Assembly: GCA_032718475.1 (NCBI GenBank)
Contig: JAUCBJ010006924.1
Span: forward strand, 1-34,922
Direction of reading: 5' to 3'
DNA: 34,922 nucleotides
From: Nemertoderma westbladi
Lineage: Eukaryota; Animalia; Xenacoelomorpha
Shown here: positions 20,901 to 32,085 of the stretch, one piece after another
Layout: every line of letters begins with the position of its first letter
Numbering within the stretch: the stretch's first letter is position 1
Notes under the pieces: generated by a model
Databases searched by the model: none
Seen by the model: only the letters and a program-made list of their open reading frames with translations
Told to the model about the DNA's origin: nothing
Program-made: the position numbers and the translations under genes

Positions 20901-21885
20901 GGTCGTTCCTACCACGCTTCGTTTAACTGCGACAATAACCTCCAACAGCTGGGACCAGCGAATGAGCTGCGCGTTAGGAGCGAGGCAATAGTTGAGCGAT
21001 ATACGTTTGTTAGTAGGATTAAACGCAGTAACATAGATATCACTGCAGAGAAGCTTCCTCGTTTCAATACATATTTTGCCAGCGTAGGAATCGCTGACAA
21101 AAACATACAGCATAATGAAATCAGCAGTTAGCTTAACAAATATATCGACGGATTCAACACGAACATCGTTGCGAATCCACGTTTCGACATCGCCACGGAA
21201 GATATCGAACCCGCCAATTACATCCCGGCGGTTTAGCGATTGAACCTGTCGCTCTTCGATCGGTGGCTCCGCTCGTAACTTCCCTGGTGGCGGAGGAACA
21301 CAGGATGCTGGAACCCCAGGAAAGAAGAATGGCGGGATAGTCGGCCGCAACGCTCCTCCGGGAACCTTCCGATGAGGGATATCCTGCGGGAATCCTGGCC
21401 AATGTCGTATACAAATAACAGCATCGGCGCTATACTTTATGGGCGATCCATCAGGAGCAGACCGCTTTGGAAGAGCAGCAATCCATTGCTGACGTTCCAC
21501 GCCGAATGGGAGCTTGACAGTTCGTACAGTTCTTCCCTCGTAGTTGCCATCGCATCCATACACACAACAGTGTTTCCCCATTCCAGTTTATAACCCGAAT
21601 AATCTGATATTACTGTTATGTGTGTTAAAACTACCGTAGCTACCGGTACTAAGCTGCAGCCTGTCAGCCTGTAGTTATGTTAAACCTTTTTAAACATTGC
21701 TAAATAATAAATATTAAATACATAAATATAAATCCACTGATTAAAAAAGTACATAAGCTGATAAGTAATTGGGTTGATTACACAGTTGTACAGCCAGACA
21801 GCAGTACTGGAATTCTGCAACTAATGGACCCCGCTAGCGGGGTCTGGATATTCAGTGTGCCAGTCCTGTAGTATAGCAGTCCTTG
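17906..21885 (-). mobile_element. Full-length P-superfamily DNA transposon (3980 bp)
   Basis: Perfect 67-bp TIRs starting CAAGG (17906-17972 and 21819-21885); perfect 8-bp TSD GTTTTACT at 17898-17905 and 21886-21893; encodes a THAP transposase. Confidence 0.95.
18638..21581 (-). CDS. P-element/THAP9-like transposase, complement(join(18638..19594,19896..21581)), 880 aa
   Basis: N-terminal THAP zinc finger (CCVYGC...CIRH...PTIP); catalytic-type motifs ITDE, VNDN, PDPVHVLKCIRNN, QKQNV and SQDRLEGEFGCLR; YVAGY and SRGGL. A 301-nt phase-0 GT-AG intron (19595-19895) joins the two ORFs. Confidence 0.9.
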
Positions 21886-23009
21886 GTTTTACTGCATACT
21901 GCAGTACTGTATAAATATCAAACATCGCGTTCTGATTATACTAAAGTCCCTTACTCGTCATAAATATTATGCCCTAATAAATTTGAATATGCTAACGCCA
22001 CGAAAGGCATCGTTCCATTAGATTAACTCGTTCTGATTTATATGTTTATTGAGTAAGAGTAACCTAAACAAGAACAGCCATCATCGCGGGGACTATAGTC
22101 TACCAGAAACCCTGACCCCCCTCTGCCTCTCTTTATCTGTTTATCAACCATACATCCATGGGACTTGAACAGTACTTCAGCATTGAAATGTTTTGGACGT
22201 TTTGTTTTGAAAGTAAAAATATAGAAGTCTGGAAGTTTTGTTTGTTTTAATTTTTCAGGCAGTCACATTCCACCAACCAGCAACAGTCCCATCCCTTCCC
22301 ACTATCCCGCGGACCACCACACTGTTTCATTATAAAGTATTCCATCTCGATGATGGGAATTAATCAGTAATCCGATGGGATTCAAATCCCATCTCGAAGT
22401 AACAGCAAAACAATAACACGAAAGTCAATAGCTTTACAGTTATATTTGATTGCATTGAAAGTTAATAGAAAGAAGAAGTTAAATTGCATATCCATTAAAA
22501 TATTATGAAATTGATACGGCAGTTTAGTAGATTAAAACGGCCACAGCAAGATTTATAAAATGAAAAATAAAGATAAAAGAAAATAAATGTAAAATCAGCA
22601 CAGCACACAATATTATCAATATAGACATTGAAGACAATTTAATAAACAAATACTATAAAAAAATATCTACTAACAATCAATACATGATATATAATATATA
22701 TACATCAGCGACTACCATCGCCACTCTGGTTCAATCAGTCAGTCCGGTATCATTGTTAGCGTTTTGTTGAATTACCCACTCATCCTCAGACCCTCATGGA
22801 CACCGACGACGAGCTCTAACCCTAACCGTTAGTCGATTCCTCCTTGACTGGAAACATCAGGTTCGGGCCGTTCGGCCCATACAAAGTCATTAGCCTCCAT
22901 GCCTGAACCCGCAGGATCATAAGATCTACAGTACAGCAGTATGTATCGGTATATCGTTCAGTCGTTTTTTCCTTTGTCAGTACTGTAGTATTGATAGGCT
23001 CTGTCTCGT

Positions 23010-23167
23010 GGGTATTCAGGGGACCCCCATTCGACGTATTCGCATCTCCTCCTGGTTGTTTCGGGTACCACCGCCCGCCATATGCGCATCTCTTCGTGGT
23101 TGTTCCGGGTACCACCCCCGATCGCCGCATTCGCATCTCATCGAGGAAGTTCGGGTCCGGGTACCCC
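23010..23167. repeat. GC-rich roughly 43-bp degenerate repeats inside the MULE
   Basis: CGCATCTC...GGTTGTT(C)CGGGTACCACC motif occurs two to three times. Confidence 0.5.
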
Positions 23168-23508
23168 GTGTAGGCCTATTCATTCATCATTGTTGTTTTT
23201 AAAGACCTACCTACACCTACCTACATTCACCCTACACGTGCATCTACATGTAGGCTACACATACCTACATGTAGCCTCTATGTAGGCTATACCTCTAAGC
23301 AAAAGTTATACCCGAAATTGGAATTTGGTTGTTTATCATTTAGGCCTACCGCTACCACCTGTCTACATGTATATACAGGTATACATGGTATAGTACCGGT
23401 ACATACTGACATCTGTGTGTAGGATTGGAGTTTGGATGAACTCGTAACCGGTATACTGTTGTTAGGCCTATACTGTTATTATACTTATTATATATTATTA
23501 TACTTATA

Positions 23509-23577
23509 CAGCCGGCACCAGGCACAGCATTCTTAAAAATGCAGCTGCAATGCAGCATGCCGATCCTATCCTAGTAG
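23509..23577 (+). mobile_element. 69-bp extreme 3' fragment of the same RTE family
   Basis: Matches the ORF end, 3' UTR and TAG tail of the 14742-17123 element; perfect 14-bp TSD TTATTATACTTATA at 23495-23508 and 23578-23591. Confidence 0.88.
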
Positions 23578-23603
23578 TTATTATACTTATAACTGTTCTG
23601 GTC

Positions 23604-24959
23604 ATGAAGAAATCCAGAACCAAACGTAAACGAAATAGGAAACATTTGTCCACAAGATGTTGCTGGGCAACTAACGAACGTTTATTCCGGTGGTTATTCG
23701 ACGGCGACCGAGTGCTGATTACCGCGTGTCCGCTAACCGTGGCGGAGTTTGTCGATACCGGTCGAGGTTTAATGGCCACTCGGAAGATATCAGCCGGAGA
23801 AATCGTACTCTCCGTCCCTCGCAATCGCATAATCACCCCGAATACAGCCAGATCCCGCCTCGCCCCATATATACCCACTCTTAATGAGTTTAACTCTCTT
23901 GAGTTATTAGCGCTATATCTAATTTTACTTAAATGTAATACAGAGGAATCAGAATACAAACCTTACATTGATTCTTTACCAAAAACCTTCTCTACGCCCG
24001 GTTACTGGACTAATAACACCTCTATACTCAACTATTTACCTAATAATTGCAGGAAAATTGCTGAATGTCATATAAATAATTTATTGAACTTTAAGAGGAA
24101 ATGTAAACGATATTTAGCGGGAGGTAGAGGTAGTCTAATGTTTATTGGCCCCGCCAGGTTCGACGACAAGGTGATTGTGTGGGCGTTCAGTGCCGTTAAT
24201 ACTCGATGCGTAAGCATTGCCTCTGGTGTAGGAACCACGTCAGACAATGTTAACGCCCTTATCCCATTTTTTGATATGTTTAATCACAAAGATATCCCTT
24301 CAGTGGAACCTACTTATAATACTGAAACATTCCAACTAAAGGCAATATCTCCGGTTAGTAAAGGAAGCCAAGTTTATATTAAATACGGGGACCATAGTAA
24401 CTGGACTTTGTTTCTAGAATACGGATTTATTCGCCAAGAATTCTACGATAAAGATGTTGTTAGTTTCGATGTTGATGAAGTTGTTAATTTGATTTTATCG
24501 ACATTTAAAGGTTCCATTTCTACTGAAATGTCGCGATATATAAACGGGGAATCGGCTACTAAACCAGGTTTCAGTTATCTTATAAGTCAATCGCGTTTAC
24601 ATGAAGGGTTGTTTATCTCGAAAGATATTTCAATTTCCATTTCTTGGTGTTTGTTAAAGTTAATAACGTCAGTATTGCGTTTCCTTAGGACTGCATTTCC
24701 CCCTTTAAACATTTCATTTAGCAAAGCAATAGCGAAAGAAATAGTAAACTATGATAATTTATCTGAAAAGCGTGAAGTTGTTGATATTTTGATATATGTA
24801 TTAGAGAATAAGTTGAATATTTATGTAAAGCAAAAGGATAGTTTGTTATCTACTAGTTCAACCGGACTGTCAGATCGCAGTGTTGTCGACTCACTTTTAC
24901 GATGTTTAAACAACGACATTGATGTAGTCGAGTGGAACTTGTTACAACTTTCGATTTGA
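23604..24959 (+). CDS. SETD4: SETD4-like SET-domain lysine methyltransferase (Rubisco-LSMT class), single coding exon, 451 aa from the probable native ATG
   Basis: Basic N-terminus MKKSRTKRKRNRK; FVDTGRGLMA, WAFSAVNTR, LIPFFDMFNH and VYIKYGDHSNWTLFLEYGF fit SETD4-family motifs. The ORF-track start at 23550 lies inside the RTE insertion. Confidence 0.8.
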   Translation: MKKSRTKRKRNRKHLSTRCCWATNERLFRWLFDGDRVLITACPLTVAEFVDTGRGLMATRKISAGEIVLSVPRNRIITPNTARSRLAPYIPTLNEFNSLELLALYLILLKCNTEESEYKPYIDSLPKTFSTPGYWTNNTSILNYLPNNCRKIAECHINNLLNFKRKCKRYLAGGRGSLMFIGPARFDDKVIVWAFSAVNTRCVSIASGVGTTSDNVNALIPFFDMFNHKDIPSVEPTYNTETFQLKAISPVSKGSQVYIKYGDHSNWTLFLEYGFIRQEFYDKDVVSFDVDEVVNLILSTFKGSISTEMSRYINGESATKPGFSYLISQSRLHEGLFISKDISISISWCLLKLITSVLRFLRTAFPPLNISFSKAIAKEIVNYDNLSEKREVVDILIYVLENKLNIYVKQKDSLLSTSSTGLSDRSVVDSLLRCLNNDIDVVEWNLLQLSI

Positions 24960-25526
24960 TAGTTGGTTTATATATATAAATGTACATATTTTAAATAATT
25001 ATATTACATTAATAATTATATTTATACTGCAGTTATTCTTCATCCTATATCTCACAGTTTTTGTTCAACCATTATAATAAAACTAGTATATGGGTATTCA
25101 CACATAGACAAAATGTTCCATAACATGGTGAATTTATTAAATAGATTTAAAAAAATATATATATAAAAATAAATAAAAATTCTGGCTCACCCACGGAGAA
25201 GGTGGGAGGTGAAACTATCTCTGTATCAAATTTCATGCAATCTCATTAAGATTTGTAGAAAAATTTGGGGTAGTCAGCGTTTTTTTTTCCAAAATGTTCA
25301 TTGTGAAAAGTTTCTAAACGGTTATAAAAAATGTAGAAAATCTCAGTTTTGCTTAGAAAACCAAAAAAATGCGCCCAAAGACTCATTAGAAGGTCGAATT
25401 TCGAAAAGTGAATATTGTAACAATGCATTAGGTACTGCTGTGTAGGCCTATTTTTTGTTTTCTACTTGATTTCTGTATAAAATTGTTATTTTATTTATAT
25501 AAATATCATCATGACGTCGGGTAGAC

Positions 25527-25865
25527 CGGGACTACTAGCATATGTGTCCCAAATTTTTATTAATTGTGTATAAGGGTTGTATGATGATTTCTGTACTATT
25601 TAATTTTTTTTTAAGAAATGTTCCAGAACAAAAAAATGTGCTCTAGAACATAAAAATGTGTTCTAGAACAAAAAATGTGTTCTAGAACAAAAATATTTAT
25701 CAAAATTCATCGTTAAGAGCTGTTATATAACATTTATAAAAAAGGTTGAAAAAACTAGTTAGTATAAAAAAATAAAAAATATGTTCTAGAACAAAAAATG
25801 AAATGTGTTCTAGAACAAAAAATTTATAAATACTTAAATTTGGGACACATGCTAGTAGTGCCGGG
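25527..25865. repeat. Inverted repeat enclosing TTCTAGAACAAAAAATGTG tandem units
   Basis: ACTACTAGCATATGTGTCCCAAATTT (about 25531-25556) is inverted with a small gap at about 25837-25859; about 6 (T)TCTAGAACA-type units at 25620-25820. Confidence 0.6.
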
Positions 25866-27250
25866 TAGACCTTGACTAGAGGTGGGAGGTACAGCCCATT
25901 TTTGTGTGACCATCTCAGTGTTTCAGCTTGCTACCCCTTAAATCGATTGATTATCGTATTAGTACACTACAAAACGCAAAAATAATAAAATTAGTTTTAT
26001 TTTCACCAGCAGGAAAAAAATTTAGTGATCGGTGCTCCAAACGAAAAATATTGGTTATAATATATTAATGCATTTCAATGGGAAATGTATTATATAAGTT
26101 CGAGAACTTCTCTTTGTCATAGAGGGGTCATTTAGGCTCATTTGAACTGCAATTACTGAGTTAGTGGGGGTAGAAGACGATATTTCAATATATTTCCAAA
26201 TATTTAGGATGCTTGCCGCAGTTATATTTTGGCTAATTCCAAAAATTGTAGTGAAAAAAGGTCACTCAATTGAGTGACCTTTGACCTGAACGATTGAAAT
26301 TGTTCAGTTTCAATACCGAATTGTAAGATTGGATTTCCTGCAGCCTTATTTTAATTGAGTAAAGCGACCTCTGTTTTATGCTTTGCCACGCCGCCAACGT
26401 GATGAAGGGGGGTAGAGTTTGGCATTTTGGTTTTACTGGAGGCCAAATAAACGAGAAATACGACCCAAAAATGTTGGCTTTATGGTCGTACAGAAGCCGT
26501 GTAAACTATTTCAAAAAACAATTTTATTGAAAAATCTTAGACAGTTCTGAATTTCGGATGCATTCTTTCAAATTAATTTTAGGGACCTAATTTCTCGGTC
26601 ATGTCCCAGTCACAATTGATCGCACAATTGATAGAGTTTGATCTAAGTTAACATTCGGAATTTCATCTGGAGTTGCATAGTACCATTCTGTGTTCTTATT
26701 AGCCTAAACGTGGTGTAAATGTTTAATGGTCATAGTTTCTGGTGTATGTAAGTAAGATGTTGCTTCACATATCCAAGAAAATAAACTTGACATTTCACCA
26801 TTATTATAATAACTAAGAACAGCACACAAACACATGTCATTTGAATGTAAATTATTTGCTTGTGTAGTTACTGAAGTTGAATGCGTGGATGTAGCCTTGA
26901 CGACAGCCAATGCATCTTCATTGGAATAAGATACATGTAGTTGTCACTAAGAAATATGTAAAGGTTCTCCCGTCTCTTTTTATGTGATATATATTCCTAT
27001 AAGTCGAAAAGGATTTGGCCTACCAATTATATCTAACTTATAATTATGTATACAGTAAGATAACTCTAACTCTGTGACGTGAAAATAGAACATAGTCAAA
27101 TACCGAAATACTGTATGGCCTTAAACAGCTTTAACAAGGCTAGGCATAAAGTAGACATAAGCCTACAACCGTGCTGTAGTAGGCCTACTGTACCTTACAA
27201 CCGTACTGTGGTGCTGTACCATAGCATATACGACATTCTGTCTCTAATCT

Positions 27251-28316
27251 GGGTAAATCTTTTCGACCTACGCGTAGGCCTACGCGTAGCTACGCGTAGT
27301 TTGTAACTTCCATTCCTGTCATTTACCGGTAGGGCCAGACTTACTGCCTTTTTAACAACTACTCGTAGGTGTTTTAAAACTACGCGTAGTTATTTTGGAA
27401 CTACGCGTAGGTATTTTGAAACTACGCTTAGATGCTACGCGTAGCTACGCGTAGATGCTACGCGTAGCAGTCCTGATAACAATGATTTTTCATTTCAGGT
27501 CCGGTAGGGTTGAGTTGTTAGGCAAGTATCGGTATATGTCAGGTATCTGATTATCAGACAAGGGATAACAGAATCGGAAACCCATATCTCTACATACAGC
27601 ACTGGTAATAAATAATATTCGGCTCTTTCACATACAAACACAGGATGAATAAAAAGTAGACTTAAAATTCACGTCTCATGATTCAAGTATCTTTGTTTTC
27701 ATTGGATTATTGAAATATTCTACAGTAGTAAGCTACCAATCTACCAGTGAAGTGGTTAAGCGAAAGCTGATAAATACTGCATAAAATTCAATTGTTTGGT
27801 CAAATAACAAGTGCAACCAATCTGGTAGACAATTTAGTCTCCCCCTTCCCTTGTCAAGGGGTTAACATATTAAAAGCATACAGAATCGATAAGAACCATC
27901 GGCCTATTTCCATTGTAAACTATTTTTTAACTCTAAACATTATTACCGGTAACACATTTTAGCATCCGCAACGCATGAAGTGAAGAATATGTAGTCTTAG
28001 CGTATTCCTCTATATATAAGTATAGGATGCATTACTGTTGAAAGCATTTGATGGTTGTGGGTTGTTTATTGAACCTACCGTATGGTCTTATTTTAGTACT
28101 GAACCGCTTGGAATACGTAGGCCTACTAATGATAAACGACGTATAGGCATAGTTATGGCTGTATGGGTAGGATCTACGCGTAGTTATACGTAGCACCTAC
28201 GCGTAGGTCGCGTAGGACCTACGCGTAGCACCTACGCGTAGTTAATGTTAAAACTCTGAAACTGGTGATATATGACCCAATGTTGCGAACTACGCGTAGG
28301 TCGAAAAGATTTACCC
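27251..28316. mobile_element. 1066-bp MULE-like non-autonomous element with CTACGCGTAG subterminal arrays
   Basis: Perfect 27-bp TIR GGGTAAATCTTTTCGACCTACGCGTAG; TSD TCTAATCT at 27243-27250 and 28317-28324 (8 bp, or up to 10 bp depending on end assignment); more than 10 CTACGCGTAG palindromes near both ends. Confidence 0.88.
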
Positions 28317-28899
28317 TCTAATCTGCCTGTGTAGGCGCTCGATAAAATATGAAAGGCTTAATAGTAACAGTAACAATAATGTTAATAACCTACTGTATTA
28401 CAGTAGCTTTATGATGTTTAGGATGCATATTTGGTGTACAGAATCGATAATGGATACCCTGTGTTCCTATTAAAGTACTGATAATGTAATAATATATATG
28501 ATTATTGCTTATTTGTTTTTTTTAATAATATAAATAAGGTATTAATTATTATAAAACAAAGAATCTTAATAATAAAATTATTAAGAGTTAATTAAGCCAC
28601 CGCAAACTGACGTTACAAGGCGGGAAATTTGAGACTACTACTACAGTAAGACAAACACAGTAACATGGACTGGCAGACATGAGTGTGGTTCTATGTACTA
28701 ATAAAGTAATGCGATATTCGTGTAAATATTTGGGGAGTATCAAGAGAAGTGTGAGAGGCTGATTTTCCTCTATTGCTGCAGGCTTTTCTATTCCTCCGTT
28801 TCTATACCGACCACCCCCCCCCCCCCCCCCCCCCCCCTCTCTGTCTACCACCCTCCCTCCCCTAGCACCCGCACCCCTTGTTAAGCCTGGACAATGCAT

Positions 28900-30275
28900 A
28901 AGTTGTGGGAATTGTTACTCAAGTTTAGACCAATTTTATATTGACGGTAAACAAGAAACTACAGTTTGTTACAATGAAATGGGTATCAGGGTGGATCGAC
29001 CCCTATAATATTATAAATATAAAAGTTTAGCAGTAATAAATTTAAAATGTTTAAAGTAACATATGTTGGATTTTGGAAGATAAGAAAGAAGCTAGAGGGA
29101 ATTGATAAGGTGTTGTTTGAATGCCGTAGAAAATGTGTTTCTAGTTTTTTTTTATCTTGACTTCAGTGGGTACCGCGTTCCAGATGGTTGGGCCTTGGTA
29201 AGAAATAGAGCATTGGGATGAGTTTAACCTAACTAAATGGACCGTGTAGCCGTAAGAGGTAGCCAAGCGGGTTGAGTATCCATGAAATTTTTTTTTTAAT
29301 AGTTGACCAATGGGAGAAGTGGAGGGAATTGTGTTATTACAGTATTAACATCATACAGTACATAACTGTACATACTGTACATAAGTAAGGCAGTTTGGTG
29401 TTTGAATAGGTGTTCAAGAGGTAAAGATGGGTAAAGATTTATAGAGTGTTGGACGGTGATCGGTAGTGAGAAAAGTGATACAGCGCATTATTTTGTTAAT
29501 TTTAGTTCGTAATGGTTTGAGTGTAGAATAATTAGATTTGCCCCAAATTAAAATACCATATAATAAATAGGGGTTAATTAGGGAGAAGTAAAGTTGTCGG
29601 AGAATGTTCAGAGGAAAAATGTAACGTAGTTTGTATAGTAAGTATCAAGTAAGTATCTTGAAATTTTCTTCATGATGGAATTTATATGGGATTTCCAGGA
29701 TAATTTATTATCTACTGTGAACCTAAAAATTTTGTTGAGTTTTTAAACGAGATACTGTAGGTGAGTTGTTCATTTGTATAATATTTTCTGATGGATTAAA
29801 TTTTCTGATGGTAAATTCAGTTTTTGTTAAATTTAATTTGTTATCCGACAGCCAATCCGAGAGAGTATTCAGTTCTGAGTTAACAAATTGGTCAGAGGGG
29901 CTAATTTTGAATCTGTTGCGTATAAAGTAGTGTCATCGGCAGAGTGTGGTGAAAAGCCGGGTTGCGTTTGGGAGGTCGTTTATGTAAAGGAGGAATATGA
30001 GGGGGGACTTAGGTGGCGCCTTGAGCGACTCCGGTATTGGGAGGGAGTTATGATGATGTATTATTACCGATAGTGACACATTGGGAGTGAGCAGAAAGAT
30101 AGCTGGAAAATAATTGAAGCGGAAGGCCGCGAATACCATAGCATGAGAGTTTCTGGAGAAGAATGTCGTGGTTAATAGTATCAAAGGCTTTTTTTAGATC
30201 GATGTAAATGACACAAGAATAATATTTATCGTCAAGATATTGATGCATTTTTTCAATGACAGTATGCTGAAACAA
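28900..30275 (-). mobile_element. Degenerate CR1/L2-group LINE RT fragment
   Basis: Frameshifted pieces CVIYIDLKKAFDTINHDILL and SPLIFLLYINDLPNA, similar to the 4196 element; boundaries approximate. Confidence 0.8.
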
Positions 30276-30521
30276 GTCGCCGTGAAGGACTAACAGACCC
30301 CAAACCAAACCGCTTGACTTGACTGAGAATCAATCCTGCAAGGGGTTGCAAGGGGCAAGCGGACACACAGAGGGTAGAAAGACATGAATACGACTGTCCA
30401 AGGGGTTCGCTGCACTGAGCCTACAATGGGTTCAAGGTGCGCTGGTAACAGCTTTTTTTTGGGGGGGGGGGGGGGGGGGGGGTGCCACAGGATCGCTGGG
30501 AGTAATGAGGTCTCGAGTGTA

Positions 30522-30822
30522 ATGTGGACGACTTCTGTTACCTGGGATCATGGATTCGTAAGTCAGGTGAGAACCTTCAGGTGCTTTGGCAGCCTCATGG
30601 ATTTTAATAAGCATGGTGGACAGCCCATGACTTTCTTGAGACGCATCTTAAAGGGCACTGGCCTTGAGGATGCGGATGATCTACCAAATGTCATGGTTCA
30701 TAGGGAGTTGTGGCGGCGCAATTTTGTCGACAAGCCGGCACAGCATTCATAATATATATGTAATATATATATATATATATAATGCAGCTGCACTGCAGCA
30801 TGCCGATCCTAGTAGTAGTAGT
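30522..30822 (+). mobile_element. Third RTE copy, 3' fragment with an internal deletion
   Basis: Matches the longer copy in the VDDFCYLGSWIRKSG region, then jumps to WQPHG...DKPAQHS; 3' UTR and (TAG)4 tail, with a (TA)n tract after the stop codon. Confidence 0.85.
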
Positions 30823-31559
30823 CATGAAAGCTTCTTATGATATTCTATTGGCCGCTTCAGATTTAGAGCCTACAACTATTTTTATGTTTATTGAAGTTAC
30901 AACAGTTCGAGGCTGTTTGTTGTTCTACAAAATTTATTGAATATTATATCGAACTTTTCTTTTGATTGATATCCATGTTATCCTATGCTTCTTTGGCTAA
31001 TTATTAAATCATTTTCCGTCACTTGTCCATCACTATGTATCATACTGTCTATCTAATATTAGTTTAAACCGTTTTCGTTTTTGTTGTTGTGTTGTTCTTT
31101 AATATCATTGTCACCAGAAAATTTGATATGTGACGGGATCCCCGAGTTGGCGAGGGAATCCCAACCGGTGTGTGTGTGTGTGTTTGGAATGTACGCGTCG
31201 CCGCGTCCACTGGCTGCTGAAGGGCTTGTGGTTTCTGAAAGGCCGGAGGCCGAAAGAATAACTGAGTTTTATATACTTGCAGTTGTTTGTAATGTCAGAA
31301 TACAATATAGCACAATCAGTATACAATAATAGCACGGTTAATAATGACGACGGTCTAAACCGTCTTGGTTCCACACTCGGTATAAACCAACTAAACGACA
31401 GATATTAAAGACAACGGTTATATTACTAACACATGGAATATTGCTACCTACTGTTTGGCCTGACCAATGAATGCGCATTAATCGGATGGTAAGCTGCCCA
31501 ACCATTGGCTAATCTATTCTTCCCCTCTGGCAATCCCTAATAACTGCTCTCAATTCCTG

Positions 31560-32085
31560 CTAGCACACTCTTTAATGGTATTGATAAACAAATAAATGTA
31601 AATGATAGTATGGCCACCCTTGTTGGAAGCATAACAACAATACTGGACAAACTGGCACCTGTTCAAGAACCCGGGATCAAAGCAAAAAGGAAACCGTTGG
31701 TTGATGCTGTAGTCATTAGCCACATTGTTGAGTGCAATAAAGCCTCACAGAAACTCCATCAATGCCCTTCATGTGAAAACGAAATAAGCTATAAGCACTG
31801 TCGAAACACAGCAACTATTGCCATCAGGAGAAAGATATTGGTCCATTTTCTTTCATAAAGTCAAAAATAATAGCATTTGGACACGATACCTAGAAACTAT
31901 GGAAATCTCTCAAACAAATTGAACAACCAACTAAAAGGCAGGCAGGTGGTCATCTTGTACCGTCATGTACAGGCCCACCCAATCGATGGAGAAATTTGCC
32001 ATGACCTTTTTGACGTGTGCAATGGCTACAACAAGTATTTCAGCAGTATAGCTAATGATCTGGTACTGCAGACCAGCTTGTATCA
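31560..32085 (+). pseudogene. Degenerate CR1/L2-group ORF2 linker region (between endonuclease and RT)
   Basis: Fragments ILDKLAP, YKHCRN, KLWKSLK and NKYFSSIANDL in shifting frames, typical of the pre-RT linker. Confidence 0.6.

Larger units (their letters stand above)
17651..23313. mobile_element. Non-autonomous Mutator-like element (MULE), about 1.7 kb excluding the nested P element
   Basis: About 102-bp TIRs (GGGTATATCTTTTGCGTAGAGG... at 17651-17752, inverted at about 23211-23313, about 3 mismatches); perfect 9-bp TSD GAAATTGGA at 17642-17650 and 23314-23322. Confidence 0.88.

Noticed and set aside
23550-23603. ATG 23550 as the ancestral SETD4 start
   Set aside because: It lies within an RTE insertion bounded by a 14-bp TSD; ATG 23604 matches the basic SETD4-type N-terminus.
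30384-30752. 122-aa ORF as a novel gene
   Set aside because: A chimera of poly-G sequence and a deleted RTE 3' fragment.
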